Positions 9,702 to 18,369 of a stretch of DNA of 64,000 bases are shown piece by piece. A program made the position numbers and the translations under genes. This stretch comes from an uncultured Spirochaetota bacterium (GTDB lineage Bacteria; Spirochaetota; Spirochaetia; SZUA-6; Fen-1364): assembly GCA_963845535.1 (NCBI GenBank), contig CAWJSK010000012.1:352001-416000 (forward strand), given 5' to 3'. The number at the start of each line of letters is the position of its first letter. Position 1 is the first letter of the stretch. Below the pieces are notes generated by a model, which worked only from the letters and a program-made list of their open reading frames with translations, searched no databases and was not told the DNA's origin.

Positions 9702-10351
9702 TATGCCAACCTAGACAGACCGTCTATTCTTCCCGCTTCATCTATTACTCGAGAATACTGAAGTCTCCACTGAAGAGCGTTGGAAATCGTCAAGTAGCCG
9801 ATAGGTGGAGGGTCTCTTAGAATCTCCTCGGCCAAGGCCTCAGCTTGCATTTCATCTACCGGCAAAAGCCGATCTTGCATGAACGCCAATATGTCATCTT
9901 TATTGGGGTGATTTTCCAGTATCTTGCGTAGGCCAGAAGTCATTTGGAAGTCGGCAGTAAGAGCTGCTTCCACAAAGACAGTGTAGCGAATATTGAGCTT
10001 GGAGGTCCTGCTCTTATCGTCGTCGGTCTTCTCATAGACGAACACCAGAAGCGAATAGCCCAGACCATAGATCTTCTGGCGTGCCGACCTATAAGGGCAT
10101 GAAGACTGCGGTTGCTTGATGCTGGTTACTTTTATATCCACGTCAAGTTCGGGAAAATCGATTCCCTTCGCCGTATTACCTTTGGAATAGGTGTACTTCT
10201 CTGCGAGCGATCGTTGAAACTTCTGTTCGAGATACGTTCCCACTGCTTTCCCATCGGTGACTCCAAATAGGCTGGATTCTTTGTAGTTGGACTCACGAAC
10301 AGAGAAAGCCTTTGCTTCTTTCTTTAGAGAGTTCACGTCTAGCGGTTTCAT
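9701..10351 (-). CDS. Type II restriction endonuclease (NspV-like)
   Basis: GVTDGKAVGTYLE, GIDFP...DIKVTS.KQPQSSCP (PD-(D/E)xK-like) and ISNALQWRLQY, recalled from the NspV family; start at 10351 or 10396. Confidence 0.8.
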   Translation of the reverse strand: MKPLDVNSLKKEAKAFSVRESNYKESSLFGVTDGKAVGTYLEQKFQRSLAEKYTYSKGNTAKGIDFPELDVDIKVTSIKQPQSSCPYRSARQKIYGLGYSLLVFVYEKTDDDKSRTSKLNIRYTVFVEAALTADFQMTSGLRKILENHPNKDDILAFMQDRLLPVDEMQAEALAEEILRDPPPIGYLTISNALQWRLQYSRVIDEAGRIDGLSRLA

Positions 10352-10421
10352 ACAATCCGATGCTAAACCGTCCGCCCGGCGATCATCAAGAGCCATTCGC
10401 GAGCGGCAAGCGCTTTCAGGG

Positions 10422-10441
10422 GCATAACAAACCTAATATGC
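10422..10441 (-). other. Cassette-proximal recombination site (attI-like simple site)
   Basis: Minus strand GCATATT-AGGTTT-GTTATGC; no long attC-type palindrome upstream. Confidence 0.5.
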
Positions 10442-10772
10442 GTTTTGGTCGAGAACTCTGCAAACAAGCCGATTGAAGAGTGACTCTGTGGCCATTGAGG
10501 CAGCAACCCTATACGGCTGTTCGCGGATTCTCATGGAATATTCACCTTAGCTTTTCTCGTCGACGACTCAAGCGATCTTTCCGCCCCGAATGTTGCGGAG
10601 CGGCTTTCTGGGTGGGTAGATCTGCGCGGCTTTTTTGACCGAACTGTGAGCCTTGCGTCGGTGAGAAGCTTTCACACCGACAACGACGGTACTGCTAAGA
10701 TTCTTGTATGAGGCAATAGGGCTTGCGTCCACGGGGGTTGTCGAACGCGCACGCCGCTCAATCATCTCCGCG

Positions 10773-11687
10773 TCATGGACGGTGATCAGGCGGCAAGATC
10801 TTCCGCTGACCTGCGTGCTTGCCGCCGTTCTTTCCGGTCCTTCCGCTCTTTCCGTTCTTCCCGTTCGGTCCCCCGTTGGTCGAGCCGTCGCCCGAATGGT
10901 CCAGCTTCTGGATCTGCGTGCGGAGGCGCCGGCTCTGGCGGTCAATGGAGGCGAGAAGCTTCTTCACCTCGGCGCCCTCGGGGCCCCTGCGGGAAAAAGC
11001 TCCGAACTCGTAGTTCTCCGTATCATACGCCTTTCCCGTGAACAGGTAGATGAACCCGCTCTTGACCTGCTTCTGAACGAGGTTCCCCACCCCTTCCGCC
11101 TGGTAGCGCCGAACGGAATGGTAGACGTACACGTGACTGTACACCCGGAAGCGCCCGACGAGCGACGCACGGTTGATGTAGTCGAAATCCTCGGACACGC
11201 GCACCTTCTCCGAGAAACCGCCAATCCTGTTGTGCAGCCTCCGTGTGGTGAGGATGCAGACGCCGAGCCCCTGGGGTTGAATGACCTCCATGAGCTTGAA
11301 GAACGTGTTGCTGAACTGAAAGATCGTCCTGTAGATGGGGTTTGTCCCGTCAATGGGGCGGATCCAGGGAACGCAGATGTCGACGAAATCCTTCTCGAAG
11401 CGCGCCATGATGCTGGAAAGAAAACCCTCCGGCAGCACCGTGTCAGCGTCCACAAAAAGGAGGTACTCCCCCCGGGCTGCGAGCGCCCCGCGGTTGCGTC
11501 CGATCCCGGGAACGCCGCCCTCCACGACCCGAGCCCCATGGGCGCGCGCGACGCTGCGTGTCTTGTCGCGTGAAGAGTTGTCCGCGACAATGACCTCGAG
11601 GTCACGGTAGTCCTGCTTTCGGATGCTCCCCAGGAGACGGGGCAGATACGCTTCTTCATTGAAAGTCGGGATGATGATACTTACCAT
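10773..11687 (-). CDS. Glycosyltransferase family 2
   Basis: VSIIIPTFNEE, ADNSSRD, FVDAD and SEDFD. Confidence 0.92.
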   Translation of the reverse strand: MVSIIIPTFNEEAYLPRLLGSIRKQDYRDLEVIVADNSSRDKTRSVARAHGARVVEGGVPGIGRNRGALAARGEYLLFVDADTVLPEGFLSSIMARFEKDFVDICVPWIRPIDGTNPIYRTIFQFSNTFFKLMEVIQPQGLGVCILTTRRLHNRIGGFSEKVRVSEDFDYINRASLVGRFRVYSHVYVYHSVRRYQAEGVGNLVQKQVKSGFIYLFTGKAYDTENYEFGAFSRRGPEGAEVKKLLASIDRQSRRLRTQIQKLDHSGDGSTNGGPNGKNGKSGRTGKNGGKHAGQRKILPPDHRP

Positions 11688-11745
11688 ACCTTCTGGACAA
11701 ATCCTTCCGTATTCAGTAGTGTTTCAGCCGCACGAGCTCAGCCAA

Positions 11746-11817
11746 GGCGCCGTACCCAAGTGGTAAGGGAGAGGTCTGCAAAACCTTTATACATCGGTTC
11801 GATTCCGATCGGCGCCT
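11746..11817 (+). tRNA. tRNA-Cys(GCA), CCA not encoded
   Basis: Acceptor GGCGCCG/CGGCGCC, anticodon arm GAGGT-CTGCAAA-ACCTT, T arm ATCGG-TTCGATT-CCGAT, U discriminator. Confidence 0.95.
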
Positions 11818-12817
11818 CGAACCCGCACCTTTTCCACCCGCCAGAGAAAAATGAATCCAAGCCCCAGCAGGACCATTGTCAGCTGACCCATCCGCAGGAT
11901 CAGCGTGTACACGAGGCTCGCGTTGGAGCCTATGCGCAGCAGGTTGAAGATGAAAAGATGCGTCCCTTCCATCCCTCCTATGTTGCCCGGCAGGATCCCG
12001 ATGAGCCCCTGTATGACAACGGTGGAAAAGATCACAATCGAGTTCGGAATGCTTGGATGACCGAGCACGAACAGAATGTAGTCCGTCTGGAGAACCTCGA
12101 CCAGAGCAACGAGCACCCCCGCTGCCAGGGCCAGGTAGAAGATCCTCCGACGGCGAATGATCTCATGCACGTCTTTCGCGAACTCCCGCATGGAACGCAG
12201 AATCTTCACGGCAAGCCGGGGATTGATGCGGGCAAGCGGGCGCACGACCGGTTTGATAGCCGTCAGAATGAAGGTGCGACTGCTGAAGAGCTTCACAATG
12301 ACAAAAAGAAACAGGCCAATGAAAACAAGAAGGATGAAGCCCGCAATGAAAATCAGCACTGTCCCGGTGTGCACAAAGTAGACCAGCAGGGAGAACCCGA
12401 CGATGATGAGCGGGATCTTTGCGCCGAGCTCGATATATTTGTCCAGCGCAATGGTGGCGTACACCTTCTCATAGCTCATGAAAGCGTCTTTGTAGAGGCT
12501 CGCGCGGACCGGTTCACCGCCGAAATACATTGATGGAGTCAGGTAGGTGAGGGCGAAACCGCTCACGCGCGAAAAAAAAGTCCACCAGAACCCTCGGTAA
12601 ATCCCGGCCTCCTTGAGGATGAGCGCCCAATGGAAGGTCTGCGTCACGAGGATTGCGAGCTGGAACGTGAGTATCCCGGTCACGACCTGCGGCGTTATCA
12701 GCGCCACGTACCGGCGAAGCTGACGGGGGTCAAGAACTTTCACGAACAGGAGGGCCAGAAGGGCGAGGACCGTGACCTCGATTGCAATCCTGAGGGGCGG
12801 GACAGGCGTACTTTCAT
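11787..12817 (-). CDS. Lysylphosphatidylglycerol-synthase TM / flippase-like membrane protein (apparent frameshift near 12794-12797)
   Basis: TPSMYFGGEPVR and LPGNIGGME motifs; the ATG at 12817 overlapping the NUDIX stop joins the main frame if one C is added. Confidence 0.8.
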
Positions 12818-13386
12818 GGCGAGCCGGTTGGTCTGCTTCGAGTATACAAGTAATACGCGACCATGACGAGCGAATTGATGAACTCACCAGTTCCGATGTT
12901 CTCCCGGAGCGTCCGCGCGGGGACCTCGACGGCCTCCAACTGCTCCAGGCTGTCCAGCGTCTTTTCCCCGACGCGCTCGAGGTCCTCCGCGAGGTAGGTG
13001 GAGCACCAGTTCGTCATGAAGGCAGGGTTGGGGCTTACCCTGCCGAGGAGCGTCATCCGCCCCGCGCGGTAGCCCGTCTCCTCCCGGAGCTCCCGCATGC
13101 CTGCCTCCCGAGGGTCTTCACCCGGCTCGACAAGACCGGCGGGGAACTCGGTGGTCACGGCGCCCAGACCGTGGCGGTACTGCCGGACCATGAGGAAGCA
13201 CTCCTCGCCTTCAGCGTTCGGTACGACTGCCACGACGTTGACCCAGTCCGGCGCGTTGAGGATGAGAAACTCCCCCCGGGCGCCCTCGGTGGATGCGCGT
13301 TCCGAGAGGCTCAGATCGAAAAGCGAATGCGATGTGAGGCGCCGGCGAGAAAGCTCCCTCCAGCGAAGGCGCCCATCGTCACGCAT
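12814..13386 (-). CDS. NUDIX hydrolase (ADP-ribose pyrophosphatase-like)
   Basis: Nudix box GLVEPGEDPREAGMRELREETGY; QYRHG. Confidence 0.92.
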   Translation of the reverse strand: MRDDGRLRWRELSRRRLTSHSLFDLSLSERASTEGARGEFLILNAPDWVNVVAVVPNAEGEECFLMVRQYRHGLGAVTTEFPAGLVEPGEDPREAGMRELREETGYRAGRMTLLGRVSPNPAFMTNWCSTYLAEDLERVGEKTLDSLEQLEAVEVPARTLRENIGTGEFINSLVMVAYYLYTRSRPTGSP

Positions 13387-13510
13387 GGACTACACTATAC
13401 CAGAGTCGCATTCACCGCGACAACGCCGTCACCCCCATCACCCCCGAGTCACCCCCGAGTTCTTCGGCTCCCCGTCGAACACAGAGGGGCGCTTTCCGGG
13501 GCAGTTTCCA

Positions 13511-13539
13511 TTGACAACTGAAAACCCGATCCATATACT
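13511..13539 (+). promoter_or_regulatory. Sigma70-type promoter for the cNMP-binding protein
   Basis: TTGACA-N17-TATACT, 25 bp before ATG 13565. Confidence 0.7.
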
Positions 13540-13564
13540 AAGGCCGGAAAAACGGTAATACAGC

Positions 13565-14797
13565 ATGGCCAATCCCCTGCAGCTCTCGATTGTAAACTTC
13601 AACCGCAACTCGTATATCATCGTCGAGGGGAAGCAGAGGGCGGAATACTTCTACATCATCAGAAGCGGCAAGGTCCGCATGAGCAAGGAAGTGGAGGTCG
13701 TGGAGGAGGAGGGCGGGAACATCCTTGCCCCCGGGGATTTTTTCGGCGTCATATCGACAATGTCCTCCCACAGCCACATCGAAACGGCGCTCGCCTTGAC
13801 GGATGTATCCCTGATCTCCGTCCACCGGGAGCAGTATGGCGTTCTGATTGAAAGAAACGCGCCTGTGGCGCTCAAGATCATCCAGAGTTTCTCCAGAAAG
13901 ATGCGGTTCCTGGATGAGGCATTCACCCGCCTGACGTTCAAAAACACGGCAAGCGGAGACCCCACCCACCTGTTCAAGGTTGCGGAATACTACGCGCGGC
14001 AGAGCCAGTACAACCAGGCCTACTACGCGTATTACCGCTACCTCCAGCACTGCCCCACGGACGCAAACGTGGACAAGGCCAAGGAACGGATGGCCAAGAT
14101 CCACCCGTATGCCAAGGCGGTGTACTTGGAAAAAACTTCTGATGACCTGACCCGGACCTATCCGAAGAACACCATGATCTTCAGTGAGAATGAGCCGGGC
14201 ACGGAGCTGTTCATCCTCCAGAAGGGCATCGTCAAGATCACGAAAATCGTGGAGGACAATGAGGTGCTCCTGGCAATGCTGAAGTCCGGGGACATCTTCG
14301 GGGAAATGGCGCTCCTCGAAAACAAGCCCCGCTCTGCCTCCGCCATTGCCAATGAGGACTGCGTCCTGATGGCGGTGAACAAGACGAACTTCGAGCGCAT
14401 GGTCCAGACCCAGCCGCAGCTCATTACAAAGCTCACCACGGTGCTTGCGGAGAGGCTCTGGACAATCTACAAGCAGCTCGCCAACACGCTCATCCAGGAT
14501 CCGCTGGGCAAGCTCTATGACGCGCTTCTTCTGCAGTTGGAAAAGAATCGGGTCCCCGTGGCTTCGGGCGGCAAGTACACGTTCCAGCTCGGTCCCAAGG
14601 AGCTTCTCAACATGGTGGGGCTGTCCAGCGAAAAAGGAAACCCTATCGTGCGCAGGCTCTTCGAGAACAAGAAGATGGTCCTCACGGACAACAAGATCTC
14701 CACAACGGACGTTGAAGAGGTCCAGAAGCAGTCAGAGTACTATCGAAAAATGGAAAAAATCGAACGGGCCCGCCGCAAAGCCGCAGCACAACAGTAG
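13565..14797 (+). CDS. Tandem cyclic-nucleotide-binding domain / TPR protein (Crp/Fnr-like)
   Basis: Two cNMP domains (PGDFFG; GDIFGEMALL...PRSASA) flank a TPR-like segment. Confidence 0.88.
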   Translation: MANPLQLSIVNFNRNSYIIVEGKQRAEYFYIIRSGKVRMSKEVEVVEEEGGNILAPGDFFGVISTMSSHSHIETALALTDVSLISVHREQYGVLIERNAPVALKIIQSFSRKMRFLDEAFTRLTFKNTASGDPTHLFKVAEYYARQSQYNQAYYAYYRYLQHCPTDANVDKAKERMAKIHPYAKAVYLEKTSDDLTRTYPKNTMIFSENEPGTELFILQKGIVKITKIVEDNEVLLAMLKSGDIFGEMALLENKPRSASAIANEDCVLMAVNKTNFERMVQTQPQLITKLTTVLAERLWTIYKQLANTLIQDPLGKLYDALLLQLEKNRVPVASGGKYTFQLGPKELLNMVGLSSEKGNPIVRRLFENKKMVLTDNKISTTDVEEVQKQSEYYRKMEKIERARRKAAAQQ

Positions 14798-14870
14798 GCC
14801 TCCGCTCGCCAGGACCGTTAGTGCGGAGCACCGCTCTGACCGCTGGGGCGGGCTGAGCCCGCTGAGACGC

Positions 14871-16648
14871 TCAGTACGTCCCGCTCACCACAAGGTCCTC
14901 GAACGAGCTCACATACGAGGAGATGTTTCCAACGGCCTCTTCGTGGATGGTGAGCAAGTATGGCAACTCCCTGTCCAGCCGCGTCTTCCCCTGCGGGTCC
15001 ATCTGGTTCACCGCTTCCAGCCCCTTGGTGAGAGTGATGTGCCGGTTGTCGAGGTTCCCGAAGTAATACGTCCGAGAATCGAAGTTCGCGGCCTGGCCCT
15101 GCGTGCTCCCCGCGGGGGGTTGCGTGGCCAGAAGCGGGTCCACGGGCACCCATCCGAGAGAGTCGATGTAGAACTCGTCCCAGAAGTGCCGACGGGCGGG
15201 GTTGCCCGGATCTCCGGCAAGGTAGCCCGCCACCATGCGCGAAGGAACGCCGACAGAGCGCAGCAGCGCGCAATACAGCGAGGACCAGGCGAACGCGTCC
15301 CCTTTCTTCGTCTTCAACAGCGCCAGGGGATCACCCTCCTGCGTGGTCTGCGCGAAAGAAAGCGTCGAAACCATCCACTCATAGAGGCGGCGCGCCTTGT
15401 ACCAGGGGTTCTTCTCCGCGCCAATGATGCCCGCCGCCGCTTTGACGACCTCCGGACTCGCCGCGGGAGCCAGAACGTCCGGCGACGTGAAGTGGCGGTA
15501 CATGTCGGTTGTCGTGTCGTAGGAAGCCGGGATCCGCGACGGGTTCACCTGCGTCTCCACGGCGTAGCGGTCGAACATCCAGCTCAACCCGACGTGGTAT
15601 CTGCCGCCCTTCTGGACGTTCGACAGCGAGTACAGGGCCGGGCCGTTTCCGGCAACCATGGGATCAGGGTCCTGGGCCACGAGCTGCACACGCGTCTGCT
15701 CGGGGCTCTCGATGACATGAGGCATCCAGAGGTACAGGGTGTTGTCCCCGCTTGCCGCGTTGACCGTCACGTTCATTCCGTACTGGACGGAGTACTTGCG
15801 CGGAGAGGTGAACAGCTTCGTCCCCGCGCCGGCAAGAACCTCGAAATACAACGAGTTGCTCTGGCCCTTGTCGGAGATCACCAGCACATTGCCTGATACC
15901 GCGCCGTCAGGCACGCGCAGGACGATCTCCCGGTCCGACCAGGAGACATAGTCCATGTTGTAGTCCCGGGCGGGAAGCATGCCGAGCTGATCGGCGCCCG
16001 CGCTTGTGGAGGATGAACCGGCCCCCCAGGAGAAGTCCGCACTGGACTCCCCTTTCTCGAGACCGAAGTTCATCCCGGAGATCGTGATCATGTCCCCCAC
16101 TTGCGCCGCCATGGGCTGGATGGAGCTCACGTACGGTCCGCCGGGCTTCGCCGGCCCGGAGGCGAGCACGGGATCTGGTCACGGTTGATGAACAAGAGCC
16201 CCCCGCTCCTGCCGTTTCGCGTAATGACGTACACGATCCCGGAAGTTGCCTCGTCAGGAATGGTCACGCTGATACGGGAGTCCGTCCACTCCACGTAGTC
16301 GGAGGAAGTGGGTGACACTCCCGAGATGCGGACTTCCGAGGTGGAGCGCGAGGGTCCGAAGTAGTGCCCGGTAATGATCATCACGTCCCCCGGCTTGCCG
16401 CTGGTGGGTGTAATGGAGTCTATCTGCGGCGGACGGCCCACGAGCCGGGAGCTCAGGAGCACGAAAAGGACGAGCCCGACCACGACGGCGGTCGGAATGA
16501 ATCCCTTGCTCTTGAGGATGCGCTGGTGCGGCTTTTGCCTGTCCTTGGTTTCCTGACCGTTGCCGCCGGCCGGGGCCTCTTCACCGCCCGCGGCAGCGTC
16601 TTCGAACGAACGTGTCTCTGAGTATGGGTCGTTGCGCGGGTAACTCAT
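14871..16648 (-). CDS. Membrane-anchored IPT/TIG-repeat + transglutaminase-like protein (frameshift near 16170-16172)
   Basis: ORFs 16127-16648 and 14871-16169 join as DQIP-VLASGP; two IPT domains (GD...ITG..FG; W.D..I...P); TGase core ALLRSVGVPSR...HFW...WVPVDP. Confidence 0.8.
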
Positions 16649-17260
16649 CTATTGCTGTGGCTGTGGCTGTGGCTGCGCCTGAGGCTGCGGTTCGGGCTGG
16701 GGCTGAGCCTGTCCCGACGGCTCGGCCGGGCCAGGGGGCTGGGCTTGGGACTGGGGCTTCTGCTGCTCTGCGCTTTCGTAGGGGACGATCTTGATCTCGA
16801 CCTCGACATTCACCACACCCCTTCTTCGAGCTTCTTCATCCGAGATCCCCAGCGGAAAGAACAGCACCTTCTCTCCGAACGACACCGGAATGCTCGAGAA
16901 AGTGCTGGAATACTTCACTTCGTTGTCCGACGGCGTGGCAAACCACACCTGCCCCTGGGCAAGGAGGAGAACCTCCCCGTTGTCCTGCACATACGGGGTG
17001 CAGATGAGGTAGATGCGGACGTTGTCACCGTCAAGGCGGACGCGGATGGATCTGCCGGGAAGAGTGAGCTTGGTGCTCTCCGCGTTCCAGATGGGCTTCT
17101 GGTCAGACGGCAGCACGCGCGCGGAAATGGTGACCTGGAGGGCGTTTGAAAGGAGGGACTGCAGCGCCTCTTTCGGATCGGTCTCCCGGTCCTCGGGTTG
17201 GGCCTGCAGCGCGGCCAGAGCCAGGAGGAGCGGGGCGAGGGCGACGCTCCTCATCACCAT
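16649..17260 (-). CDS. Secreted hypothetical protein with a Gln/Pro-rich tail
   Basis: Signal peptide; sits in the operon after the anti-sigma gene; QP repeats at the C-terminus. Confidence 0.7.
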   Translation of the reverse strand: MVMRSVALAPLLLALAALQAQPEDRETDPKEALQSLLSNALQVTISARVLPSDQKPIWNAESTKLTLPGRSIRVRLDGDNVRIYLICTPYVQDNGEVLLLAQGQVWFATPSDNEVKYSSTFSSIPVSFGEKVLFFPLGISDEEARRRGVVNVEVEIKIVPYESAEQQKPQSQAQPPGPAEPSGQAQPQPEPQPQAQPQPQPQQ

Positions 17261-17820
17261 GTCTTGTCCTTGGGGAACTCGGTGGCCTTGCCCATGCGGG
17301 GTTCACCCACGGGAAGGAGGCGCACGTTCTTGGGCAGGAGGATGACGTCCTCCCGCGACGTGTCTTCAGCCCCGACGGACTTCAGCAGCGTCTCCAGCTC
17401 CGAGATGGGAGCGGAAATCTGTATCTCCGTGCCGCCGGCGGGCGCCTTGGTTATCCGCACGAGCCCGACGTGGGGCCGTAGCTGGGTTACTGCCAGCGCG
17501 GCGCCGAAGATGAGAACCAGCGCCGCCGCAAGAGCGGCAACGGGCAGGGGAACGCTCACCTTTCGCCCCCAGACGGGAGTCTCCCTGCGCGGGGGCGGCG
17601 TCTGCGTCCGCAGAGCGCGGCGCACGCGCTCCAGGGGAGCCTGCCAATCCGAAAGCGGCTCCTCTCTCAGCACCCGACGGGTTTCCGCCAGCCGGGCGTG
17701 CAACGACCTGCACGTTTCACACGAAGCCAGGTGCTCCGTGATTGCGGTGTCCCAGGGGGCTTCGATCTCCCCATCGAGATATGCGGAGATGATTTGACGG
17801 TCAGGGCACATATGCATCAC
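17254..17820 (-). CDS. Zinc-finger (ZAS/zf-HC2) anti-sigma factor
   Basis: ISAYLDGE...HLASCETC (HxxxCxxC) plus one TM helix; overlaps the sigma gene. Confidence 0.88.
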   Translation of the reverse strand: MMHMCPDRQIISAYLDGEIEAPWDTAITEHLASCETCRSLHARLAETRRVLREEPLSDWQAPLERVRRALRTQTPPPRRETPVWGRKVSVPLPVAALAAALVLIFGAALAVTQLRPHVGLVRITKAPAGGTEIQISAPISELETLLKSVGAEDTSREDVILLPKNVRLLPVGEPRMGKATEFPKDKTW

Positions 17821-18331
17821 CTTCCATGAGCGCCTTCCCCAGGTGCTCCCGAGCCCGAAAGATCCGGACTTTCACGTTATTCTCACTGATCCCCAGGATT
17901 GAACCGATCTCCTTATAGCTCAAGTCTCCGTACTCACGAAAGACAAGCGGAGCGCGCAGGTTGTAGGGCAGCGCATCAAGCGCCTTCTGGACCGTTGACC
18001 GCGTCTCCTCCCGGATGAGCTGCTTTTCGCTGGACTCCGCAACGCCGAGGGAAAGGCGCGTGAGCTTTGAGAACGCAGCCTTCTCCCTGTGCCTCCTCTT
18101 CTCATAGTTGAGAGAGAGGTTCTTGACGACCCGTATCAACCAGAACTTGCATTGATCCAGATCCGGCAGGAGATTTGGCCGTTCCATAAGCTTTATGAAC
18201 GCTTCATGACAGAGGTCCTCCGCGATCTCTCTGTCGCCCGTTACGCGCAAAGACACCCGGAAAATGATTGGAAAGAGGGTTTCATAGACAGCTTCAAAAG
18301 ACGGCGGGCGCGCATATTCCGTGCTACTCAT
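17801..18331 (-). CDS. ECF RNA polymerase sigma factor
   Basis: AEDLCHEAF, WLIRVVKN and LSYKEIG..LGISENNVKVRIFRAR. Confidence 0.92.
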   Translation of the reverse strand: MSSTEYARPPSFEAVYETLFPIIFRVSLRVTGDREIAEDLCHEAFIKLMERPNLLPDLDQCKFWLIRVVKNLSLNYEKRRHREKAAFSKLTRLSLGVAESSEKQLIREETRSTVQKALDALPYNLRAPLVFREYGDLSYKEIGSILGISENNVKVRIFRAREHLGKALMEGDAYVP

Positions 18332-18335
18332 TACT

Positions 18336-18361
18336 AACAACAATCGTCTGCCGATGTTACA
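18336..18361 (-). promoter_or_regulatory. Candidate ECF autoregulatory promoter
   Basis: Minus strand TGTAAC-N16-TGTT immediately before the sigma ATG. Confidence 0.35.
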
Positions 18362-18369
18362 GGTTTCCC

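Larger units (their letters stand above)
8071..10427 (-). mobile_element. Integron-type gene cassette carrying a type II R-M pair
   Basis: On the minus strand it begins G/TTATGCCCCTG (10428-10417) and ends CAGGGGCATAAC plus attC; the ends are complementary over 12 bp; exact boundaries depend on the G/TT crossover convention. Confidence 0.72.

Noticed and set aside
10568..10945. ORF beside the attI-like site as an integrase remnant
   Set aside because: No tyrosine-recombinase motifs (HxLRH, catalytic Tyr); it overlaps the glycosyltransferase
11746..11817. tRNA-Cys as the integration site of the low-GC island
   Set aside because: No duplicated tRNA 3' end was seen, and a host-like glycosyltransferase separates the tRNA from the island
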